This document shows positions 54,576-64,000 of a stretch of 64,000 bases of DNA, one piece after another (position 1 is the first letter of the stretch; every line of letters begins with the position of its first letter). A program made the position numbers and the translations under genes. The stretch spans positions 65,472,001-65,536,000 of the forward strand of contig OX597821.1 of the NCBI GenBank assembly GCA_951406725.2, read 5' to 3'. The stretch is from Octopus vulgaris (lineage: Eukaryota). The notes below the pieces were generated by a model. The model did no database searches and had not been told where the DNA came from. It worked only from the letters and a program-made list of their open reading frames with translations.

Positions 54576-54861
54576 TTTATCATATTTGCAGAGTGTGTGT
54601 AAACGCGTTTCAAACTATAGAACAAGGCCAGCAACTTTGGGGGAGGCTGCAAGTTAATTACAGTAACCCCAGTATTCAACTGGTACTTATTTTTTGTCTA
54701 CCTCCGAAAGGATAAAAACTGAAGTCGACCTCGGCAGAATTTGAACTCAGAAAGTAAAGACGGGCGAAATACGGTTAAGCAATTTTGCTCGGCGTGCTAA
54801 CGATTCTGCTATCTTGCCGCCATAGACATTTTTTTCTTTTTAATTATTCTCTTACTTGCAG

Positions 54862-55099
54862 ATGAGGAATTATGTACATTATTTACATTTATTTCCAATT
54901 GACGCATATTTGTCCTCATCTTGTTTGTTGTTAACGCAACGTTTCGGCTGATATACACTCCAGTCTTCTTTATGTGTATTGGGGAAATTTCGAACCCGGG
55001 TTCTCATTCCTCACTACTCTTAACCACTACGACATATGCCCGTGGGTATATGGCGCGAGTTACTAACCCCAAGATTCCGAGTTCGATTCCAAGCAGTGA

Positions 55100-55105
<6 letters not shown>
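54862..55105. mobile_element. Head-to-head inverted pair of pLTR pieces from the 9462-11105 PLE family (degenerate hammerhead at 54933-54978)
   Basis: 54875-55010 matches 9465-9596; inversion centre catatgcccgtgggtatatg; plus-strand tRNA-like module then (AAT)n. Confidence 0.8.
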
Positions 55106-55166
<61 letters not shown>

Positions 55167-55167
<1 letters not shown>

Positions 55168-55721
55168 GCCCTGGTGCAGTACCAGGCAGTGACTCTCATG
55201 GCTTCTGATCTTAACTGATTGGAAGTGTTATCATGTACATTGTTTTGTCTTGGTATAAAAGATGGGCTACAGCAAATATGCTGCTCAGTACCACAGATTT
55301 GCTTGTCAGTTGTTTGACCTTAACCAGTTGAGCATGTCCCTTAGTGGCTGACGATATGTGCATCTCTGATCACGAGCAGAAGTAGTGGGGGAGCATCATA
55401 GCCATGTATTGAGAAGGATTCTTTGGGGTTTAAATAATTCACCTCTGGAAACATGGGTGTTTCGTTCAACGTCCTTAAACAACCCTTATTCAGGGACCCT
55501 TTGAGCGGGATGGGTTACTCGATCTGAAGAAAATTCTAACTGGGCTCCACCTGCAAGGTCATGTGCTGTTTATCTTGATATGAGATCACCATGTCGCGCA
55601 CATATGGTTGTGATGCATGTGCCTGGTGTACCCTTATCAGACGGGTAGTCATGATGGGTATACTGGGCTTCGTATATTTTACCCCAGTGTCACTTTGATG
55701 GCATGAACTGCTCTCTCACTC
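55167..55721 (+). mobile_element. ~555-bp non-autonomous element inserted in (AAT)n
   Basis: Second copy of 9649-10187; (AAT)n on both sides. Confidence 0.8.
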
Positions 55722-55790
<69 letters not shown>

Positions 55791-55850
55791 CTTATAAACT
55801 CGCAGAAAATTCTAACTTTCAATAAAATTCTTTCTGCTTGTAATTTGTAG

Positions 55851-55891
55851 GCTGTGCAAGCATTGCACGCTGAACTTTGCCACCAGAGAAG
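55851..55891 (+). other. Candidate 41-nt internal exon
   Basis: CTAAC branch-like site ~35 nt upstream, ttctttctgcttgtaatttgtag acceptor, AAG|gtaagt donor; two open frames. Confidence 0.4.
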
Positions 55892-56510
55892 GTAAGTATT
55901 AGAAAATTGTCAGCTGCTTTATAACATAGAATCGTTTGTAATACCGCAACTTCTTTTATTCACACTTCTGATTCACATACCTTTATGCATTTTATCAAAA
56001 ACAATATATCAATTTGAATTTATCTTGGTGTATTGATTAAGCAAATGATTTGCAGTTCAAACATTTACATTATATCAGTTAAAAAATTATAGCGTTTCAA
56101 AAACCTGACAGGATACGGGAAAATTTCTTTACAGCAGCCGCCTACCATTTCTGAATGAATAATAAGTCGATGAAGATTACAGGGCAGGATCCTGCTAAAT
56201 TTTAGGATCTATACAAATTTCTATACACGATCTCAGGTCTTCTTCTTTTACACTATTGTCTCTCGTGGTCTTGCTCGACCAATAGGAATTCGAATTTAAA
56301 TTTAACTCCATTTCGAAATGAATAAGAGCTTTGCACTCAAAATATCGTCGTAGCAAAATGCTTTTAGTCGTGTAAAAAGAGTGTACTGTTTCATACTCTT
56401 TTCATTTATACGTATACATCAAGCATACATACATAAATACACACGTGCACATACACATGTGTATATATGCACATATATATACATATGTATATATGTATCT
56501 ATGTATGTAC

Positions 56511-56551
<41 letters not shown>

Positions 56552-56565
56552 GATATATATATACA

Positions 56566-56604
<39 letters not shown>

Positions 56605-56606
56605 TC

Positions 56607-56644
<38 letters not shown>

Positions 56645-57556
56645 GTGTGTATATATCTATGAATATATATATGCATCTATATATATATACACACACATGC
56701 ACATAAATATGTTTATTTATTGACACACACACACACAAATATAGAGAAAAAAGGAGACAACTAGCAAATATGTATACACACATACGTGCACACGCTATTA
56801 TAGTGTGTGTGTGTGTGTGTGCGTGCGTGTGTGTGCATGTATAATAAATAATTTATCGCAAACGTACAGGTTACTGATCTCAAAGCTGAGCACCGAGTGA
56901 ACTGCAGAGGATTAACGTAGAGAAAGACAGCAACGTACAGGCGCCTGGATGGATACGCATTCGAGATAATACATCCTTAGACTGCTTGTTTTGTCGTTCT
57001 ATCGCCATCTTAGCGGTTGTCGTTGTTGTTGTTGTCGGTCTAGTTCCTGGCGTTTCGGCTTCTACGATTGTGGTTGGGTCTTGTTGGTTATATTTCTTTT
57101 GTTGCTGTGTTGTTGACGAAGGTTAATCTCTTTCGAACATAAGTCAAGAAAACTTGTACAAATGACAAAATACTTATCTTGTTCGGAGGAAGATTTTTTA
57201 AACCACCTCTTGTACCCCGTACGCGCGCCATCGTCCCCGACATCAACAGCAACAATAACGAGTGTCACTCTGACGCCAACACGTTCGTCACCGTTAACGT
57301 AAAATACAAAACAACGGCGACAGAAGCACCAAAACCCCGAACTCTGCTGTCGTACGCACGCACTCATATACAGAAACACACACACACACAGATTCACATA
57401 CATACACAAAGACACGCACATACATGCGTACAAGCACACAGATACACATAAGTATAGAAGTACATATTCATTCACAAACAGTCATATATATATATACGTA
57501 TACATACGTTCGAAGATGCATATGGATGTATCTCTCTACTGCTCTCTCCCTCTTTC

Positions 57557-57592
<36 letters not shown>

Positions 57593-57756
57593 TCTCTGCA
57601 TATATATATATTATTTTATTCTTGTACTTGTTTCAGTCATTTGACTGTGGCCATGCTGGAGCACCACCTTTAGTCGAAACATTCAACCCTAGGACTTATT
57701 CTTTGTAAGCCTTGTGTGTGTGTGTGTGTGTGTGTGCGTGTGTGTGTGTATATGAC

Positions 57757-58072
57757 GAGGAGGAGACTCCCTTCGGTCATGAATGACCATGGGATCGCAC
57801 GTAGAATGTTACCCTCCGAGGCACAAGTCCGGGCAAGTCGCTTATGCATACCAGCTTCCCCTCTCCACGCCATCGATGTCATCCAAAGGAAAGGGCAAAG
57901 ACTGATACAGCTTCGCATCATTGACGTCGCAACTCATTTCTACAGCTCAGTGAACTGGAGCAACGTGAACTAAGGTGTCTTGCTCAAGAACACAACGCGC
58001 AGCCCGGTCCGGGAATCGAACTCACAATCTTACGATCGTGAGCTCGACGCTCTAAGCCCTGAGCCATGCGCA
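57757..58072 (-). mobile_element. SINE family C
   Basis: Homologous to 17885-18225. Confidence 0.85.
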
Positions 58073-58122
58073 TTCACTATATGTATATATATACAATTTA
58101 TATATATATATATATATATATA

Positions 58123-58932
58123 CTAGCAGTATCGCCCGGCGTTGCTCGGGTTTGTTTCGACCCGCTGGAATTGTAATTTTGAAAAGTAAAAATTTTGTGA
58201 ACATTTTTCTGGTCGAAATACACCGAAAAGTGGCGACACAGCAGTGAAAAAATCGTAAAAAATAGGGATTTTCATAGAAAAAAGCATCTTTTTGATGTAA
58301 ATAATTTTTGGTGTTAACATGGTCCGATTTGAATTTTATGTCAACTTGCGCCGCAGGGTCTCGGAGGAGATAGTGTTAGTTGAAGGTTACCATTCTAGGT
58401 GCCTGAGTAACAACCTCGCGGATTTACAGATAAATGAATTAATTACTATTTTACAGAATAAAATTAAATAATTCTTGAAAATTAATTAATATTAATATTT
58501 TTTGAACAAAGTAAATAATTTTTAAAACTTAAATAATAATTTTTTTTCGAACGGGGAAAAGGGGGTGGCGAATTCGATTTACATACCTAAATTTTTTCTT
58601 TTTCATGACATTGTAGCAAAATTAGTAGTGAATTATATAAATACCAGCAGTACATTTTTTTTTCTGGGGTATTTTTTTTCAACCTCGTCACATATTTGCC
58701 CCTTTCAATTTAAACAAAGTCTTAATTAAGCAATTACGGCAGCTTAGCAATGGTTTCAATACAGGCGTGACATCTGTATCTCAATTGTTCAAAACCCTTC
58801 GAATTTTTTCGCACGTGATGATATCATAGTGAAAACTTCAGTTATTTCTGTCTTTCACTCTGTCTGTCTCTTTACACACACTAACAAAAGCACTTCACTT
58901 ACACACCACACTTTCTGTGTCGCACAACCCAT

Positions 58933-59013
<81 letters not shown>

Positions 59014-59554
59014 GCACGCACACATGTACATCAATGCTTTCGGAGTGAAATGTTAAAATATTGAGTTTTCTCGAATTTTGTCTTAATTGGGGGTGAAATT
59101 GAAAGAAATATATTATGGCATAAGCGAATGGAGTACTTTGAAAAATCTTAGGTAAATTCTAATTGAAGAAATTGTGTGAGGAGTAAATCGTTATGTATTT
59201 ATTTGTTTCTGTTTGCTGTGTTTTTTTTATTTTTTGAGTAGTGGTTTAAATACTTTCAGTTTAGTCTTCCTCAAATCACTGTCGCTATTTACTTTCATTT
59301 TATTCGTTGCACACTGTGTGTGTGCGTTTGCGTGTGCTGTAAACCAGACTAAGAAAAGCATTTGACATACACACCAGAATGTGAGTTTTCTGTAAATTTT
59401 GCTTAATTGGAGTTTAAATTTTAAAAACTGGACCTGGCATGACCCGATGCATTCTACTCTTAAAAATGCTAGGTAAATTGTAATTGAAGAAATCCTATAT
59501 TGTAGATTTCTATAACTTACAAAGGGAGGCAGATAAAATATGCCTTTTATAATA

Positions 59555-59557
<3 letters not shown>
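58123..59557 (-). mobile_element. Non-autonomous Helitron inserted in (TA)n
   Basis: 5' A|TCttattataaaagg at 59557, 3' hairpin plus CTAG|T at 58123; termini shared with the 46803 element. Confidence 0.85.
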
Positions 59558-59625
<68 letters not shown>

Positions 59626-59626
<1 letters not shown>

Positions 59627-59835
59627 CGGGAAGCTTTATGAAAATAAACAAAAGACGAAGGCAGGTGGAATACAAACAAACAATTGTATTAGTATGGCGC
59701 TCGGGAATATAAATAAAACAAGTCTTTTACATTTCGAGCCTACGCTCTTCAACAGAAAGATACACAGAAAAGAAACAGAAAGAAACAAGGAGAGAGAAAA
59801 ATATGCGCGCAGAGGCTAGCGAATCAACATGGCGA
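59626..59835 (-). mobile_element. ~210-bp (TA)n-flanked element with hammerhead-like motif
   Basis: Homologous to 20411-20607, same tcgccatg start. Confidence 0.7.
59723..59760 (-). ncRNA. Minimal hammerhead-like motif, A6U variant
   Basis: UCUUU-CUGUUGA-A-GAGC(GUAG)GCUC-GAA-AUGU-A-AAAGA. Confidence 0.55.
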
Positions 59836-60218
59836 TATATATATATATATATAAGGAAAACAGGACAAGTTAACACTTGTCGGCTCTCTATCTATTCCTC
59901 ATTTCGAGCATTACACAGCCGACAACTGTGTTAACTTGCTTTTTTTTCCTCGTTGTTTAAATAGTTCACTTGGTTTTGCTCCTCATTCGTTTACGTATTT
60001 CATGTTATTTGCAGCCTGGTGACGTCCTTTACCTCTATATGCATGTGTATAGATATATGTATGCTTGCACACGCACACACACACGTATTATATATTATTT
60101 ATCATTTATTATTTAATTAAACGAGACGCATCCTTTTCCAAGTATATATACATATATATTTATATAGTTGTGTGTGTGCATGTGTGTGTGTGCGTGAGTG
60201 TGTCGAGTGCGAGTGTGC

Positions 60219-60253
<35 letters not shown>

Positions 60254-60384
60254 CATACGCGCTTATACGCGCATATATACATAAGTGCATACATGCGTAC
60301 GTATTCTTACAAATATATTTTAATGCATTGACTCTATGATAGACGTTGTCTATCACATTTTTTCCGCCTATATTACAGATTAAG

Positions 60385-61390
60385 TCATCACCATCATCAT
60401 CACCTTCATCTTCATCATCATCATCATCATCCTCATCATCAACATCATTGCTGTGATCGTCATCGTCCTCACCCCTATCATCATCATCATCGTCACCAAT
60501 ATCATTCATCATCATCATCATCACCATCATCTTCATCATCATCATCATCATCATCAACTTCGCCCCCACCATCATCATCATCAACTTCGCCCCCACCATC
60601 ATCATCATTATCCATTTGAGAAATTCTACCGACAGTCTCAATAACTTTAGCTGTGTGGGAATAAATCAAAGCCCTCTCTCCCGCTCCACCCATGACCATT
60701 CCCCCTCCATCGTCCAACTATCATTCATACAAAGTTGTTGCTTGAATGTGTGTTGTTGCTTTATAGTGTGTTGTTGTTATAGTTGTTGTTGCTTTATAGT
60801 AATAGTTGCTGTGGAGACGACGAAGGTGATGGTGTTGAAGATTATGGTTAGTCCCGGTGGAGCTGGTGGTGGTGGTGTTTTGCCTCTTTTACTTTAGGGA
60901 GGGGTGGTCGAGGAATCTTTAAATGAAGAATATCTCTTTTTGGTTAATTCAATGAATTAATGGATTCTAACTTCTCTTAGTATCGCCGCCGCCTTGTTGT
61001 GCTGCCAAGTACCATTATCTCTCTACAAAGATCTTCGACAACAATGATCGATACCGCCACCTCCACCATCACTACAACCACCATCACCATCACCATCACC
61101 ATTATCACCATCATCTCAACAGCACTACCATAATGCTACCACCACCACCACCACCACCACCACCACCACCACCACCACCAGCCCACCACCATCATCGTCT
61201 TATCATCGCGTCAGCACCGCCAGCATCACCCCGAACCCCATCCTCACATCATCGCCGTCACTCTCGCCAGCAATACCAACACCTCCATCACCACCATTAC
61301 GCTACTTCTACCACCATCACCACCACCACCATCATCACCATCCCCATGACCATCACACTACCGGCCCCACCACCACCACCATTACCACCC
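60385..61390. repeat. CAT/CAC low-complexity region
   Basis: Direct inspection. Confidence 0.8.
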
Positions 61391-61589
61391 TAATATTAAG
61401 GAAACACTAAAGCAGTCTCTGCTTTAAAAAAATGGATTGAGAAATTAGGCAATGTCATCTTAGATATAAAAAAATGATGGAAAAACCATGTTTTATAAAT
61501 CTTTGGTTTGAGTAGGCGAGTGGCTTAGTGGTTAGGGACAAACAAGCACAGACAAAGGGATTAAGTCGATTACATCGACTCCAGTGCGT

Positions 61590-63062
61590 AATTTATAAGC
61601 CGGACAAGCAACCTTGGTAATTTATAAACGGGATAATCAGTCTTGGTCATTTGTAAACCGGATAATCAGCCTTGGTCATTTGTAAGCTGGATTATCAACC
61701 TTGGTCATTTATAAGCCGGATAATCAGCCTTGGTAATTTATATACGGGATAATCAGCTTTGGTCACTTATAAACCGGATATCCAGCCTTGGTCATTTGTA
61801 AGTTGTATTATCAACCTCGGTAATTTATAAGCCGGATAATCAGCCTTGGTAATTTATATACGGGATAATCAGCTTTGGTCACTTATAAACCGGATATCCA
61901 GCCTTGGTCATTTGTAAGTTGGATTATCAACCTCGGTAATTTATAAGCCGAATAATCAGCCTTGGTAATTTATATACGGGATAATCAGCTTTGGTCACTT
62001 ATAAACCGGATATCCAGCCTTGGTCATTTGTAAGTTGGATTATCAACCTCGGTAATTTATAAGCCGAATAATCAGCCTTGGTAATTTATATACGGGATAA
62101 TCAGCTTTGGTCACTTATAAACCGGATATCCAGCCTTGGTCATTTGTAAGTTGGATTATCAACCTCGGTAATTTATAAACCGAATAATCAGCCTTGGTAA
62201 TTTATATACGGGATAATCAGCTTTGGTCACTTATAAACCGGATATCCAGCCTTGGTCATTTGTAAGTTGGATTATCAACCTCGGTAATTTATAAGCCGAA
62301 TAATCAGCCTTGGTAATTTATATACGGGATAATCAGCTTTGGTCACTTATAAACCGGATATCCAGCCTTGGTCATTTGTAAGTTGGATTATCAACCTCGG
62401 TAATTTATAAGCCGGACAAGCAACCTTGGTAATTTATAAACGGGATAATCAGCTTTGGTCACTTATAAACCGGATATCCAGCCTTGGTCATTTGTAAGTT
62501 GGATTATCAACCTCGGTAATTTATAAGCCGGACAAGCAACCTTGGTAATTTATAAACGGGATAATCAGCCTTGGTCATTTGTAAACCGGATAATCAGCCT
62601 TGGTCATCTGTAAGCTGGATTATCAACCTTGGTCATTTATAAACCGGATAATCAATCTGGGTCATTTATAAACGGGATAATCAGCCTTGGTCATTTGTAA
62701 ACCGGATAATCGACCTTGGTCATTTATAAACGGGATAATCAGTCTTGGTCATTTGTAAACCGGATAATCGACCTTGGTCATTTATAAGCCGGATAATCAA
62801 CCTTGGTCATTTATAAGCCGGATAATCAATCTTGGTCATTTATAAATCGGATAATCAGCCTTGGTCATCTGTAAGCTGGATTATCAACCTTGGTCATTTA
62901 TAAGCCGGATAAGCAACCTTGGTAATTTATAAACGGGATAATCAGCTCTGATCATTTATAAACCGGATAATCAGCCTTAGTCATTTGTAAGCTGGATTAT
63001 CAACCTTGGTCATTTATAAACCGGATAATCAGCCTTGGTCATTCAAATGACCCTGGTCATTT
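61590..63062. repeat. 29-bp minisatellite (~50 units) with a 116-bp higher-order repeat
   Basis: Consensus cttggtcatttataaaccggataatcagc; variant ctttggtcactt recurs at 61757, 61873, 61989, 62105, 62221, 62337 and 62453. Confidence 0.95.
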
Positions 63063-63133
63063 ATTAGCTATGGGAATCGGAGAATCAGCCCCCGAGTCGT
63101 AGGACTCGAGACATTAGTGTGCAGGAAACTTAC

Positions 63134-63228
63134 TTTACTATACTTTTACAGTTTGCCTGAAGACGAGTCAAAATCATGTTTAGAATGTCTTCACTTAAAA
63201 TGTCTGTTCGGTCAGAGCTGTCCTGAGG
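63134..63228. other. Candidate small exon (strand ambiguous)
   Basis: Minus 63222-63134: ttcttatttaccctcag|DSSDRTDILSEDILNMILTRLQANCKSIV|gtaagt; plus 63152-63228: tacttttacag|LPEDESKSCLECLHLKCLFGQSCPE|gtaaat. Confidence 0.4.
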
Positions 63229-63574
63229 GTAAATAAGAAAAAATAAACAGTAACAAGAGTAACAACAACAACAACAGCAACGACAACAACACCAGCAACA
63301 ACAACAGCAGCAGCTGCAGCACTGTGTCTGTGAACAGCAAATCGCTTGTCTCTGTATTTCCTTATTAACTACAAACACAGCAATACCACAATGACTGACA
63401 ACATTAATTACATTTACTACTTCTATACAGCCATCTAGTTCACAGCATAATGGGAATTCAGTTATTTAGAATGCTGGAATATTTTAGAATGCTGGGAAAC
63501 TGCTATAAATACGAACACGTTTATATCTGCTTAAAAAAATTTGAACTGCGGTTAGTGTTGTACATATCACATTC

Positions 63575-63996
63575 TTTAACTCTTTTACTTGTTTCAGTCA
63601 TTTGACTGTAGCCATGTTGAAGCACCGCCTTAACTCGAGCAAATCGACCCCGGGACTTATTCTTTGTAAGCCTAGTACTTATTTTATCGGTCTCTTTTGC
63701 CGAACCGCTAAGTTACGGAGATGTAAACACAGCAGCATCGGTTGTGAAGCGATGATGGGAGACAAACACAGACACACCAACATATACATACACGTATATA
63801 TATATATATATATAAAACATATGCATATATACGACGTGCTTCTTTCAGTTTCCGTCTACATAACCTACTCGCAAGGCTTTGGTCGGCCCAAGGCTATAGT
63901 AGAAGACACTTGCCCAAGGTGCCACGCAGTGGGACTGAACCCGGAACCATGTGGTTGGTAAGCAAGCTACTTACTACACAGCCACTCCTACGCCTA
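63575..63996 (-). mobile_element. SINE family A, full length
   Basis: Reverse complement of the 11576 copy. Confidence 0.9.
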
Positions 63997-64000
63997 TTTA

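Noticed and set aside
61590-63062. CRISPR-like array of 29-bp repeats
   Set aside because: Units are contiguous with no unique spacers, there are no cas genes, and the context is eukaryotic; it is a minisatellite.

Overview
AT-rich, repeat-saturated eukaryotic DNA, most likely Octopus. That assignment comes from my recollection of the abundant tRNA-headed SINE families and from the microsatellite density; I have not checked it by search. No intact protein-coding gene is visible, and nearly all ORFs in the supplied track are microsatellite or low-complexity read-throughs. The window is a mosaic of tRNA-derived SINEs, decayed LINEs (RTE, CR1, Tx1, R4/Dong-like), Tc1/mariner and pogo relics and MITEs, non-autonomous Helitrons, a 29-bp minisatellite with a 116-bp higher-order repeat, and two or three candidate small exons. 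The most interesting signal is a set of minimal type I hammerhead-ribozyme motifs from at least four unrelated repeat families, tied to Penelope-like elements (PLEs) or to short (TA)n-flanked elements. One PLE carries a tRNA-like Pol III A/B-box module just after its stop codon, followed by (AAT)n and a hammerhead. Another hammerhead has a swapped G3:C8 core pair, one family has an A6U core, and one has a long branched stem II supported by compensatory changes. Also notable: a (GATA)n-targeted Tx1 LINE, an (AAT)n-targeted ~545-bp element, and an RTE insertion with a twin-priming-type 5' inversion and an 11-bp TSD. Coordinates were read by eye, so repeat boundaries may be off by a few to tens of bases.
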